From IMG/VR virus record IMGVR_UViG_3300042474_001185, positions 1-64,000 of that record: a stretch of DNA of 64,000 nt. One strand, written 5' to 3'. This DNA is from a virus. The notes below the pieces were generated by a model. The model searched no databases. It was not told where the DNA came from and worked only from the letters and a program-made list of their open reading frames with translations. Every line of letters starts with the position of its first letter. The first letter of the stretch is position 1. Of the stretch, positions 26,953-37,564 are shown piece after piece. A program made the position numbers and the translations under genes.

Positions 26953-28045
26953 TATATTTTTTATAGATGAGAATGTGATAACCTACGCACAACTAATTTC
27001 AGAATTAAATGAGCCAAACACTATTTGCAATCTATCGGAAATAGAAAAATCAATTATTAATGTAATTAGAGCATTAATTTCAGATACTATAATTGATTAT
27101 AATCATTTAATTGAAAATATAAAAACAACAAATAGTATAATACAATTAAAAACATCTGGAACAACTGCAGAACCAAAGACTATTAATCATACCTTTGAAA
27201 GTATCACACGTAATATAAAAGTTTCTAATAATAGAATTGATGATGTTTGGGGGTTTACATACAATCCAACAAAAATGGCAGGGTATCAAGTATTATTTCA
27301 ATCAATATTAAATAAAAATACTTTAGTTAATTTGTTTAAATGCAGTTATACAAATACATCCAATAGAATAAAAAAATATAATATAACTCATATATCAGCA
27401 ACTCCAACATTTTATAAAATTTTAACATCTGAAAAAATAACATATCCAAATGTAAAACATATATCATTAGGAGGTGAGGGCTCTAATGGTGAATTTCAAA
27501 ATAAATTAAAAGTAAGTTTTCCAAATGCAAGAATAAAAAATATATATGCATCAACTGAAGTTAGTTCTTTATTTGCAACAGAAGGTGATACTTTTAAAAT
27601 ACCTGCGAAATATAAAAATTTAATACGATTTAATTCTGGTAAATTAATTGTACATAAAAGTTTAGTTGGTAGTTCGGATAATATAGTTTTTGATGGTGAT
27701 TGGTATGATACTGGTGATTTGATTGAATTAATTGATGCTAGTACTTTTAAAATAATTGGACGTGATGGATTTTTAGTAAATGTGGGCGGATACCAAATCA
27801 ATCCAATATACATTGAACAAAAGATAACAGAATTGGATTATGTTAAATTGTGTAAAGTATATTCAAAATCAAATTCACTTCTTGGCAACATTATAATTTG
27901 TGATTTGGTATTATTTAATGATGTTAGTATATTTGAAATAAAAACTGATATGAAAACTATTTTAAATGAGTATGAGATACCAGCAAAGATAAACATAGTT
28001 GATGAAATAATAATAAATGAAAATGGAAAAATCTCAAGAAAATAA
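26945..28045 (+). CDS. AMP-forming acyl ligase (ANL superfamily, N-terminally short)
   Basis: TSGTTAEPK, LGGE, YASTE, WYDTGD, IIGR, NVGG...P..IE, NGKI. Confidence 0.85.
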   Translation: MDNIFFIDENVITYAQLISELNEPNTICNLSEIEKSIINVIRALISDTIIDYNHLIENIKTTNSIIQLKTSGTTAEPKTINHTFESITRNIKVSNNRIDDVWGFTYNPTKMAGYQVLFQSILNKNTLVNLFKCSYTNTSNRIKKYNITHISATPTFYKILTSEKITYPNVKHISLGGEGSNGEFQNKLKVSFPNARIKNIYASTEVSSLFATEGDTFKIPAKYKNLIRFNSGKLIVHKSLVGSSDNIVFDGDWYDTGDLIELIDASTFKIIGRDGFLVNVGGYQINPIYIEQKITELDYVKLCKVYSKSNSLLGNIIICDLVLFNDVSIFEIKTDMKTILNEYEIPAKINIVDEIIINENGKISRK

Positions 28046-28748
28046 AAATATTTTAATAACTGGAATTTCTAAAGGTCTTGGATTTGAAATTTCTAAATTG
28101 TTATTATCTAAATCATATAATGTATATGGTTTGGGTAGAAATTCCAATTCTGAATTAGAAAAATTTGATAACTTCAAATTTATTAATATCGATTTAGTAA
28201 ATATTGACACATTGGAATCCGACCTAAAAAATTTAATCGGAAATACTATAAAATTGCATGGATTTGTAAATAACGCAGCAGTTGCATATGATGATATTAT
28301 TACTAATATGAATTTGGATAGGTTAGAAAGTATGTACAAAGTAAATGTATTCTCACCATTATTAATAACTAAATTTGCTATTAGAAATATGATATACAAT
28401 AAAGTTGCCGGTTGTATTATACACATATCAAGTATAAGTGTACATACTGGTTACAATGGATTGTCTATGTACGCATCAAGTAAAGGCGCATTAGAGGCAT
28501 TTTCAAAAAATACTGCTAGGGAGTGGGGACGGAAAGGAATTCGTTCAAATTGTATTGTTGCTGGTTTTATGGAAACTGATATGAGTAGTACATTAACGGA
28601 CGAGCAAAAAGATAGAATATATAATAGAACATCCTTAAAGAAACCAACTAACAAACAGTCGGTGGCCAGTACAGTAGAATTTTTATTATCAGATAATTCT
28701 TATTCAATAACAGGTCAACTAATAAATGTAGATAACGGAACTATATAA
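28017..28748 (+). CDS. SDR oxidoreductase (FabG-like ketoacyl reductase)
   Basis: TGISKGLG, NNAA, YASSK, GFMETDM, ITGQ. Confidence 0.88.
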   Translation: MKMEKSQENKNILITGISKGLGFEISKLLLSKSYNVYGLGRNSNSELEKFDNFKFINIDLVNIDTLESDLKNLIGNTIKLHGFVNNAAVAYDDIITNMNLDRLESMYKVNVFSPLLITKFAIRNMIYNKVAGCIIHISSISVHTGYNGLSMYASSKGALEAFSKNTAREWGRKGIRSNCIVAGFMETDMSSTLTDEQKDRIYNRTSLKKPTNKQSVASTVEFLLSDNSYSITGQLINVDNGTI

Positions 28749-28749
28749 T

Positions 28750-29523
28750 ATGCAAACTATAAAAATAAACGATTCAAATTATATTTCATTTGATAATACT
28801 GAATGGAATTCTAGAGCATTGGGCTATCTTACCAATGAAATATATGATATACAATTTGATTCAATAGAATTGGCAAATGAATTATTTAATCAATTTGAAA
28901 CTAATTGCTTAAATAACAATATAGTATATACTTCACTAAGAATTAATCCAGACTCTAAAATTAAAAAAGAAATATTAGAAAGATTTGGATTTATCAATGT
29001 TGAAACTAGTATTCTAGTCAATGGTTCTTTAAAAAATGTAAAAGAAAATAAAATACTGAGTAAGTTTAAATTTACATTACGAAAGTGTGAAGATACTGAT
29101 GTTAATACTGTCAAACAAATAGCATCAAATGATTTTAATCATGGTAGATTTTTTGAAGACCATATGATTGATGCCGATGTTGCCAAATTGAGAAATTCAA
29201 ATTGGATAGATGATTTAAGAAAAAAATCAAAAGTATTAGTTGGTGAATATGATGGGATTGTTTTTGGATTTATGGCACTCAAAACTAATAATCTTATTGT
29301 TAATTTGGAATTGGGTGGTGTTGATTCCAAATATTCTCATCTAGCTTATTCATTTTGGTATAAAATTTTTGAGTATCTAAAGAATGAAAACAACTTAAGT
29401 GTGAACGCATTAATTAGTGCACATAATATTAGTGTAATAAATTTGTATTCTTTTTTTGATTTTAAATTTAAAGAATCGTACATAGGATACAGAAAATTAA
29501 GAAAAACAAATTTTAAATTATAA
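28750..29523 (+). CDS. GNAT acyltransferase (WecD-like)
   Basis: WNSRALG N-terminus, FNHGRFFED, HNISVINLY..F.F GNAT motif B. Confidence 0.65.
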   Translation: MQTIKINDSNYISFDNTEWNSRALGYLTNEIYDIQFDSIELANELFNQFETNCLNNNIVYTSLRINPDSKIKKEILERFGFINVETSILVNGSLKNVKENKILSKFKFTLRKCEDTDVNTVKQIASNDFNHGRFFEDHMIDADVAKLRNSNWIDDLRKKSKVLVGEYDGIVFGFMALKTNNLIVNLELGGVDSKYSHLAYSFWYKIFEYLKNENNLSVNALISAHNISVINLYSFFDFKFKESYIGYRKLRKTNFKL

Positions 29524-29526
29524 ATT

Positions 29527-30612
29527 ATGCAAAACGAAGAATGTGATATTTTGTATGTTAGTGGTATTTTTGATTATGGTGAATCTGTTAGCGGTAGTTA
29601 TATATTGTACAAAATACTTAAAAAACTTAATTTTACTTTAAAAGTATTACCAATGTTTGATGGTACAAATCACCCCATTGATACCAAAGACTTTTTACCT
29701 TATATTCACCCATATACACAAAACGCTTTAGAAGTACTTTTAAATACAATACCAAACCATAAAATATTAATAGCATCGGGTAACGATTTTAATGTTGAGT
29801 TAATTGAGTATATATGTAAAAAATTTGACAGCAAATTTGTACTTATAACAGGTACACATTGGATGTATGGTAATAATAGTGAGTATCCTGAATTAGATGG
29901 TGCATTTTATGGTGATGTGATTAGTAAGAGAGCTGAAATATATAAATCCATACATTCTTATTTAATTCCCGGCTCAACTCATTCTGTAAATGTACATAAT
30001 CAAAGTTTACTAAAAGATATACCATATGAATTGATACCATTTCCATTTGATGAAATTGAAATTGACGATTCTCCAAAAAATCAGCAAACTAAAAAAGTAA
30101 TACTATGGGGAACAACTCAACCAAATCAACCTAGAAAAGGAAAAGATTATTTTGAAAATATATTAGAATGGTTATATAAAAAAGTTGATAATCCAGAAGA
30201 AATTCTTATAAAAACGATAGGTCCTAAAGCAGAATTAAAAACTAAATTTAACGTTGAATATTTAGGAGTTATTCCGAATAGAACTGAATTATCAAAAATT
30301 TATAAAAATGTAAAAGTGTTTGCATTAACAACAATCGCTGATGCTGGTCCTATGATGGCTACGGAATGTGTTAAAAATAGTACACCCTTAGTATCCTTTT
30401 CAACTAACATAGCAGCTGATTTTGTAAAAGATGGTAAAAATGGTTATATAGTAAATGGTACTGAAGAATATGCGGACAGACTTATAGATATTTTATACAA
30501 CGATAAATTTCACATAGATTTGGATTATGTAAAACAATTTAATTCAGAAGAAATTGTTGTAAACAAATATAATAACTTTTTTAAAAAAATTATAAATGAT
30601 AACATTTCATAA
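29527..30612 (+). CDS. GT4-like glycosyltransferase
   Basis: PRKG, DAGPMMATE, DFVKDGKNGYIV. Confidence 0.8.
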   Translation: MQNEECDILYVSGIFDYGESVSGSYILYKILKKLNFTLKVLPMFDGTNHPIDTKDFLPYIHPYTQNALEVLLNTIPNHKILIASGNDFNVELIEYICKKFDSKFVLITGTHWMYGNNSEYPELDGAFYGDVISKRAEIYKSIHSYLIPGSTHSVNVHNQSLLKDIPYELIPFPFDEIEIDDSPKNQQTKKVILWGTTQPNQPRKGKDYFENILEWLYKKVDNPEEILIKTIGPKAELKTKFNVEYLGVIPNRTELSKIYKNVKVFALTTIADAGPMMATECVKNSTPLVSFSTNIAADFVKDGKNGYIVNGTEEYADRLIDILYNDKFHIDLDYVKQFNSEEIVVNKYNNFFKKIINDNIS

Positions 30613-31453
30613 ATTGGGAGAGTTAGGAAGATTGGGAAATCAATTGTTCCAATATGCAGCGTTAAAGGGATTGGCATTAAAAAATGGATATGAAGTAAAA
30701 ATACCAAATCCACAAACAATGAGCTGGCATGGACAAACTTCTTTGTTAGATAAATTTAATATTGAGTGTGAATATGCTACTCAAGATGATATGAATACCT
30801 TACAAAATTTATATGAAGAGCCAACATGGCAAAAGTATGATGATAAATTCTTTAATGTTCCAGACAATACAACATTACAAGGATTCTTTCAAAGTACATT
30901 TTATTTTGAGCACATTGAATCTCAAATTAAAAAAGAACTTACTCCTAAAGATGAGTATTTAAACAAAGGTAAAGAATACATTCAATCTTTGAAAGATGAG
31001 CATAATTGTGAAATAGTAAGTGTGCATGTTAGACGTGGTGATAATATGACAAACGGACAAACTGAACTTATACAGGCATTTGAACCCGGTGGTTTATATG
31101 AACAATATTTTACAAATGCTAAAAAAGTGTTTGACGGTAAAAAAATGAAGTTTTTAATATTCACCGGTGGTCAAAGATTTAATGAAGATAATTCAACTGA
31201 TGTGGAGTGGTGCAAGAACTTCTTTAAGGGAGATGAGTTTTTGTTTTCAGAAGGTCAAACACAAATAGATGATTTTTGCAGAATTATGTTATGTGACCAT
31301 AATATACTTTCGCATGCTAGTAGTTTTGGATGGTGGGCAGCATATATAAACCCAAATCCAAATAAAATAGTAGTTGCACCGGAATATTACTCACCGGATT
31401 CTCCAACTTTAAAAAGAGAAAAATTTTATCCAAAAGAATACATTTTAAAATAA
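30596..31453 (+). CDS. GT11 alpha-1,2-fucosyltransferase-like
   Basis: GRLGNQLFQYA, GFFQS..YF, SVHVRRGD, SSFGWWAAY. Confidence 0.92.
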   Translation: MITFHKLGELGRLGNQLFQYAALKGLALKNGYEVKIPNPQTMSWHGQTSLLDKFNIECEYATQDDMNTLQNLYEEPTWQKYDDKFFNVPDNTTLQGFFQSTFYFEHIESQIKKELTPKDEYLNKGKEYIQSLKDEHNCEIVSVHVRRGDNMTNGQTELIQAFEPGGLYEQYFTNAKKVFDGKKMKFLIFTGGQRFNEDNSTDVEWCKNFFKGDEFLFSEGQTQIDDFCRIMLCDHNILSHASSFGWWAAYINPNPNKIVVAPEYYSPDSPTLKREKFYPKEYILK

Positions 31454-31458
31454 ATAAT

Positions 31459-32160
31459 ATGAATTTAATATTTGACATCGGCTTTAATGTTGGGGAGTTT
31501 ACACAAACTTGTTTCAACAAATACAAAAATTGTAATGTAATAGCTGTAGAGGCTAATCCAACACTGTGTAATTCAGTATCACAACACTTTTTTACAAATT
31601 ACAATTTTACATTACATAATAATTTAGTTTCACATACAGAAGGGGAAGAAATTGATTTTTATGTATCCCCATATGCAACCGGAGTGTCTACCGCTTCTAC
31701 TGAATTTATGCAAAACTCTAGATTTACAAAAGGTAGTAAACATCTTCCTGAAAATTCTATTAAATGGAACGAACCAATTAAAATACAATCAATAACAATT
31801 GATAGTATGATTGAAAGATATGGTATGCCTGATTTAATTAAAATAGATGTTGAGGGATACGAGTATAATGTATTAAGTGGATTAACTCAAAAAGCTAATG
31901 ATATTTGCTTTGAATGGCATGAGGAAGAAAGTGAAAGTTTGTATAAAATATTACAACACTTACAAAATATAGGATATACTCAATTTGGAGTAATTGGTTG
32001 GTTTGATGAAGGTGATGTTTTTCCAAAAGCAACATTTTCAGATAAAGGTGACCCATACTTAGAATATCCTAAAAACTTTTATACTTTAGATGAATTAGAA
32101 TTGGATAGACTATTAAATCCAACACGTAGGATAAATTACGGAATGTTTTTTGCAAAATAA
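31459..32160 (+). CDS. FkbM-family methyltransferase
   Basis: FDIGFNVG, VEANP, IKIDVEGYE. Confidence 0.9.
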   Translation: MNLIFDIGFNVGEFTQTCFNKYKNCNVIAVEANPTLCNSVSQHFFTNYNFTLHNNLVSHTEGEEIDFYVSPYATGVSTASTEFMQNSRFTKGSKHLPENSIKWNEPIKIQSITIDSMIERYGMPDLIKIDVEGYEYNVLSGLTQKANDICFEWHEEESESLYKILQHLQNIGYTQFGVIGWFDEGDVFPKATFSDKGDPYLEYPKNFYTLDELELDRLLNPTRRINYGMFFAK

Positions 32161-32166
32161 AAAATT

Positions 32167-33120
32167 ATGAATATAGAACAATTTAAAAACAAAAAGATTT
32201 TAATCACCGGAGCTAGTGGTTTCGTTGGTAAAAATTTAGTAGAAGAACTACAATCAAAAGGATTTACGAATCTTTTAACACCAACATCAACTGAAGCTGA
32301 TTTGACTGTTGAGGCCGATGTAAAAAAGTACTTTGAGGAAAACAAACCTGAAGTTGTATTACACATAGCTGGTTTGGTTGGTGGAATTGCTGCTAATAAA
32401 GCAAGACCGGGTGATTTCTTTTATAAGAACGCAATGATGAGTGTATTAATCAATCATTACTCTTATATCAATGGTGTTGAGAAATTAGTATCATTAGCAG
32501 CAGGATGTGGATATCCAAAAGATATTCCTGTACCATTTTCAGAAGATGACTTTTGGAACGGATTGCCTGATATGAATTCGTATGGTTATTCATTAGCTAA
32601 GAAAAACTTAGTAATTGGTGGATGGGCATATAGAGAGCAATATGGTTTCAATACAACGGTATTATTACCAGCTAATCTTTACGGACCTTATGATAACTTT
32701 CATTTAGAAAATTCGCATGTAATTCCTGCATTGATTAGAAAGTTCATCGCAGCTAAAGAATCAAATTCACCAACCGTTGAAGTTTGGGGAACTGGTGTAG
32801 CAACTAGAGAATTTTTATATGTTGGTGATACTGTTAAAGCAATCATAGATGCTATGGCTTGTAATGAAACAGGTCCTTTCAATTTAGGAACTGGTGTGGA
32901 AACATCCATTAAAGAATTGAATGAAGCTATTGCTAAATTGGTAGGATATGAAGGTGAGATTGTTTGGGATACAACTAGACCAGATGGACAACCTAAGAGA
33001 TTCTACGATATGAGTAAGTTCAAAGAAACATTTGGTTATGTACCAAACACAACTTTAGAAGATGGATTGAGAGAAACAATTGAGTGGTATTCAAACAACA
33101 AAGAAACAGCAAGATTATAA
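32167..33120 (+). CDS. fcl: GDP-L-fucose synthase-like epimerase/reductase
   Basis: GASGFVG, VGGIAAN, YSLAK, PANLYGP, SHVIPALIRKF, VWGTG..TREF. Confidence 0.88.
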   Translation: MNIEQFKNKKILITGASGFVGKNLVEELQSKGFTNLLTPTSTEADLTVEADVKKYFEENKPEVVLHIAGLVGGIAANKARPGDFFYKNAMMSVLINHYSYINGVEKLVSLAAGCGYPKDIPVPFSEDDFWNGLPDMNSYGYSLAKKNLVIGGWAYREQYGFNTTVLLPANLYGPYDNFHLENSHVIPALIRKFIAAKESNSPTVEVWGTGVATREFLYVGDTVKAIIDAMACNETGPFNLGTGVETSIKELNEAIAKLVGYEGEIVWDTTRPDGQPKRFYDMSKFKETFGYVPNTTLEDGLRETIEWYSNNKETARL

Positions 33121-34094
33121 TGAAAAAAATATTAGTTACAGGCGGTGCCGGATTCATAGGTTCTCATTTAGTTAAGAGATTAGTTAAGCAAGGACATGAC
33201 ATTACGGTAATTGATAATTTGGAAAGAGGTAAGATAGAATTTTTATCAGATATTATTACTGATATTAAAATGGTTCATACTGATTTAACTGATTATGATG
33301 AATGTAGTAGATATTTTATTGGTAAAGATATGGTAATTCACTTAGCATCTAAAGTGGGTGGTATTGGTACTTACCTATCCAAACCATATGATGTGATGAA
33401 CTCAAATATGAAAATGGATAGTAATGTATTGAGGGGTATCATTGAAAACAAAATAGATACATACTTCTACGCATCATCGGCACACATTTATCCAAAGGAA
33501 TTACAAACACTAGCAGATTCTCCAATGATTAAAGAATCAGATGCTTACCCAGCTAATCCTGAACTATCATATGGTTGGGCAAAGTTGATTGGTGAGAAAG
33601 CAATTGAATCAGCAGTAGTTGAGAATGACTGGATGAAAGTAGCAATAGCAAGATTCATTGGCATCTACGGACCAAATCAGGACTTTAAGTTAGAGAGTGG
33701 TTCGGTTATTCCTGTATTCTCACATAGAGCAATCAAATATCCTGAAGTAGCATTTAGTGTATGGGGAACTGGAAAGGAAACTCGTTCTTATTGTTTCATT
33801 GATGATGCATTAGATTGTATTGAGAAGATGATTAAAGCAATGGATACTAAACAAATCGTTGGACCATATAATGTTGGTAAGGGTGAAAGATGTACCATTG
33901 AAGATATAGCAAACACTGTTGTTGAGATTAGTGGTAAGGATATTAACATTGAATGGGATACAACAAAGAACACAGTCATTTGGGGACAATGGTGTGATTG
34001 TAGTTTAGCAAAAAAAGAATTAGGTTGGGAAGCACAAACATCTTTAAGAGATGGATTAACAATAGTATATAACGATATAAAACAAAGAGTATGA
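33120..34094 (+). CDS. NAD-dependent epimerase (GDP-mannose 3,5-epimerase-like)
   Basis: GGAGFIG, VGGIG, YASSAHIYP, KESDAYPANPELSYGWAK, TRSYCFIDD; start taken as ATG 33120. Confidence 0.85.
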   Translation: MKKILVTGGAGFIGSHLVKRLVKQGHDITVIDNLERGKIEFLSDIITDIKMVHTDLTDYDECSRYFIGKDMVIHLASKVGGIGTYLSKPYDVMNSNMKMDSNVLRGIIENKIDTYFYASSAHIYPKELQTLADSPMIKESDAYPANPELSYGWAKLIGEKAIESAVVENDWMKVAIARFIGIYGPNQDFKLESGSVIPVFSHRAIKYPEVAFSVWGTGKETRSYCFIDDALDCIEKMIKAMDTKQIVGPYNVGKGERCTIEDIANTVVEISGKDINIEWDTTKNTVIWGQWCDCSLAKKELGWEAQTSLRDGLTIVYNDIKQRV

Positions 34095-35026
34095 AAGTAT
34101 TAATTACGGGAGGAGCTGGTTATTTAGGTTCAAATTTAACTAGACATTTATTAGAGGTAGGTTACTCTGTTACGGTATTGGACAATTTAATGTATGACCA
34201 AGTAACTTTATTACATTTATTTGGCAATCCTAAATTTCAATTTGAATTAGGTGATGTAATAGATAAAAAACTTTTACAAGAGTTAGTAGGATTAAATGAT
34301 GTGATTATTCCATTAGCAGCAATTGTGGGTATGCCTGCATGTAAAGCTAATCCGGAATTAACGGTAGCTGTAAATTATCAGCAAGTAGCTGATATTGTTG
34401 AGGTATTAAGAGATGACCAAAAATTAATCCTACCTAATACTAACTCACAATATGGTTCATCTGATTCAATTATTACGGAAGAATCACCATTCAATCCATT
34501 ATCACTTTACGCTAAAACTAAATGTGATGCGGAGAACATTATGTTAGAAAATGGAAATGGAGTATCATTAAGATTAGCAACTGTATTTGGTGTATCGCCA
34601 CGTATGAGAACTGATTTATTAGTAAACGATTTCGTATATAAGAGTGTAGTGGATGGATACTTAGTATTATTTGAAGCACACTTTAAAAGAAACTACATTC
34701 ATGTTCAGGATATAGCTCGTACATTCCAATTTATTATTGAGAATTATGATAAGTGCAAAGGACACGCATTCAATGTAGGTTTATCAACTGCTAACTTAAG
34801 CAAATTAGAATTAGCAGAAAAAATTAAATCACACATTCCATCATTGGTGATTAAGCAAGATGATTTTAAAGAAGATTTTGATAAGAGAAACTATATTGTA
34901 TCAAATGAGAAGTTAGAATCTTTAGGATGGAAACCAATTTATGATTTAGATTACGGAATCAAACAGTTGATATCAGCTTACAAAATAGTAATAAATAAAA
35001 ACAATCAAAATTTTACAAACCTTTAA
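34091..35026 (+). CDS. NAD-dependent SDR resembling Campylobacter Cj1427 (GDP-heptose C4 dehydrogenase)
   Basis: IIPLAAIVG.P.C, PNTNS.YG, RLATVFG.SPRMR.DLLVNDF, LFE.HF.RNYIHV.D, N.GLS.ANL.K, DKR.Y.VSN.KLE. Confidence 0.8.
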   Translation: MKVLITGGAGYLGSNLTRHLLEVGYSVTVLDNLMYDQVTLLHLFGNPKFQFELGDVIDKKLLQELVGLNDVIIPLAAIVGMPACKANPELTVAVNYQQVADIVEVLRDDQKLILPNTNSQYGSSDSIITEESPFNPLSLYAKTKCDAENIMLENGNGVSLRLATVFGVSPRMRTDLLVNDFVYKSVVDGYLVLFEAHFKRNYIHVQDIARTFQFIIENYDKCKGHAFNVGLSTANLSKLELAEKIKSHIPSLVIKQDDFKEDFDKRNYIVSNEKLESLGWKPIYDLDYGIKQLISAYKIVINKNNQNFTNL

Positions 35027-35028
35027 TT

Positions 35029-35433
35029 ATGGCAGATAGAAAGTACTTACCAACATTGAGTGAATTAGTAGATAGATTATCTATCGTACAATTGAAAGAA
35101 GTGTTTATTGCTGAACACAAAGCAGAATATGCAGAAGAGATTAACGCAATTGTACATGATATTCAATTATATTTGGATGAGAGTAAAGAACCAATTACAG
35201 CAGAAACAATCAGAGCAATTGTAGTGTTATCACAAATGAACTTACATATTTGGCATAATGAATCAAACTATCGTAAGGGAATCAAAGATGGTAACAATTT
35301 AGAATTAACACACGGATTGAATGGTATCCGTAACGTAGCTAAGAATAAGATTCAAGAAGTTATGGGTGGTAGAAAGGATTATAAAATTGATTGCTTAGCA
35401 GCCGATTTTAAAGATTGGGAAATAAGTTGGTAA
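35029..35433 (+). CDS. Helical hypothetical protein typical of glycan loci (DUF4254/DUF6165-like)
   Basis: TLSELVDRLSIVQLK...NLHIWHNE...LNGIRN..KNKI. Confidence 0.5.
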   Translation: MADRKYLPTLSELVDRLSIVQLKEVFIAEHKAEYAEEINAIVHDIQLYLDESKEPITAETIRAIVVLSQMNLHIWHNESNYRKGIKDGNNLELTHGLNGIRNVAKNKIQEVMGGRKDYKIDCLAADFKDWEISW

Positions 35434-35444
35434 AATAAAAATTT

Positions 35445-36200
35445 ATGAAAATATTAGTTATAGGAGATAGTTGTAAAGATGTATTCATCTATGGTACAGC
35501 CAATAGGTTGTGTCCTGAAGCTCCTGTGCCTGTATTCATTCCTAAAAGAAAAACGGAAACAGGTGGTATGGCAGCTAATGTATATGAGAATATAGAATCA
35601 CTAAATGTTGAAGTTGATTTGATAACAAATTCAGAACCTATCACAAAGACAAGATATGTTGAGGAAAAAACAAATCACCAAATTATTAGAGTTGATTCAG
35701 ATGCAACAAAATCACAAAGAGTTGAAGGATTGGAACATATACCATATTCAAACTATTGTGCCGTAATTATATCAGATTACAACAAAGGGTTTTTGGAGTA
35801 TGATGATATTGAATACATTTGTTCAAAGCATGATACGGTATTCATTGATACTAAAAAGATTGTGAATGAAAAAATGTTGGGAGCTAAGTTCATTAAAATA
35901 AATGAACATGAGTATGAAAACAATATCGCAGCTGGGCAATACTTCAAAGAATTCTACGATAAGTTAATTGTAACTATGAGTGGTAAGGGATGCAAGTATA
36001 TGGAGAAAGAGTTCAATGTTGACGAAGTGGAAGTGAGAGATAATAGTGGAGCAGGTGATTCATTCATATCAGCATTAACAATTGAATATTGTAGAAGTAA
36101 GAATATTGATAAAGCTATTGTGTATGCTAATGAATGTGCTACAATCGCAGTTCAACACAAAGGAGTAACGAAGGTTGGTAATCATATTAAAATTTACTAA
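35445..36200 (+). CDS. PfkB-family kinase, HldE/RfaE heptose-7-phosphate kinase-like
   Basis: LVIGDSCKD, RLCPEAPVPV, GGMAANV, TKTR, IIRVD, SDYNKG, DNSGAGD. Confidence 0.85.
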   Translation: MKILVIGDSCKDVFIYGTANRLCPEAPVPVFIPKRKTETGGMAANVYENIESLNVEVDLITNSEPITKTRYVEEKTNHQIIRVDSDATKSQRVEGLEHIPYSNYCAVIISDYNKGFLEYDDIEYICSKHDTVFIDTKKIVNEKMLGAKFIKINEHEYENNIAAGQYFKEFYDKLIVTMSGKGCKYMEKEFNVDEVEVRDNSGAGDSFISALTIEYCRSKNIDKAIVYANECATIAVQHKGVTKVGNHIKIY

Positions 36201-37564
36201 TGACAAAATTAATTATCTTTGACTTGGATGGTGTGCTGGTTGAAGCAAAGCAAATACACTATGATACATTAAATCAAGCTCTAAGAGAAATAGATGAAAA
36301 ATATATAATATCTGAAGCTGAGCATCTATCCACATATGATGGATTAAAGACAACACAAAAGTTAGAGTTACTTACTAAAAACAAAGGATTACATCCTGAA
36401 TTTTATGATGATATTTGGTATAGAAAGCAACATCTAACTATTGAAGCTATTTCACAATTACAACCAGATTCACAAAAAATTGAATTGTTTAAAGAGTTGA
36501 GAGATGGGGGATATAAGTTAGCATGTGCTTCAAACTCAATTAGAAGGTCTGTGTTAGTTATGTTAGCAAAGATAGGTATAATTGAGTATATGGACTTAAT
36601 CATCTCCAATGAGGACGTAAAGAACTCTAAACCGCATCCTGAGATGTATTGGAAGGCAATGAGTATGATGAGTGTGTTGCCGGAAGAAACCCTAATTGTA
36701 GAAGATTCACCACATGGTTTATTGGCGGCAAGTAGAAGTAGAGCAAATGTATTGAGAGTAGATAATCCAAAAGATTTGGTAATTTCAAAAATTATTCGTA
36801 AATTAGAACAAACTAAAAAAGTTATGAGCATACCAAAATGGCAAGGTGGTAAGATGAATGTACTTATCCCAATGGCCGGAGCTGGAAGTAGATTCCAACA
36901 AGCAGGTTATACATTTCCAAAACCACTAATTGATGTGGAAGGTAAACCAATGATTCAGGTTGTAGTAGATAACCTAAACATAGAAGCTACATACATTTAT
37001 GTAGTTCAAAAAGAACATAGAGAGAAGTACAACTTAGATACTCTATTAAACTTAATAACTCCTAATTGTAAGATTGTGGAAGTTGATGGTTTGACAGAGG
37101 GAGCTGCTTGTACAACTCTATTAGCTAAGGAACATATTGATAATGATGCTCCTTTAGTTATGGCAAACTCTGACCAATTCGTAGAATGGGATAGTAATGA
37201 GTTTATGTATAAGATGATTGAACAAAAAGTAGATGGTGGTATCTTAACATTTACAGCAACACATCCTAAATGGTCATTTGCTAAAGTAGATGAGTATGGA
37301 TATGTAACGGAAGTAGCAGAGAAGAATCCAATTTCAGATATTGCAACTGTTGGAGTTTACTATTGGGCTAAAGGTTCTGATTATGTAAAGTATGCAGAAC
37401 AAATGATTGAAAAGAATATCAGAACTAACAATGAGTTTTATACTTGCCCAACTTTTAACGAAGCAATTGCGGATGGTAAAAAAATAAAAACATTTAACAT
37501 TGATAAGATGTGGGGATTGGGAACGCCAGAAGATTTAAAATATTACTTAGAAAACAAAAAATAA
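36200..37564 (+). CDS. HAD phosphatase fused to a sugar-phosphate nucleotidyltransferase
   Basis: N-terminal DLDGVLV, KPHPE, IVEDS; C-terminal IPMAGAGSRF...PKPLI, EGAACT, NSDQ, AEK, GLGTPEDL. Confidence 0.88.
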   Translation: MTKLIIFDLDGVLVEAKQIHYDTLNQALREIDEKYIISEAEHLSTYDGLKTTQKLELLTKNKGLHPEFYDDIWYRKQHLTIEAISQLQPDSQKIELFKELRDGGYKLACASNSIRRSVLVMLAKIGIIEYMDLIISNEDVKNSKPHPEMYWKAMSMMSVLPEETLIVEDSPHGLLAASRSRANVLRVDNPKDLVISKIIRKLEQTKKVMSIPKWQGGKMNVLIPMAGAGSRFQQAGYTFPKPLIDVEGKPMIQVVVDNLNIEATYIYVVQKEHREKYNLDTLLNLITPNCKIVEVDGLTEGAACTTLLAKEHIDNDAPLVMANSDQFVEWDSNEFMYKMIEQKVDGGILTFTATHPKWSFAKVDEYGYVTEVAEKNPISDIATVGVYYWAKGSDYVKYAEQMIEKNIRTNNEFYTCPTFNEAIADGKKIKTFNIDKMWGLGTPEDLKYYLENKK

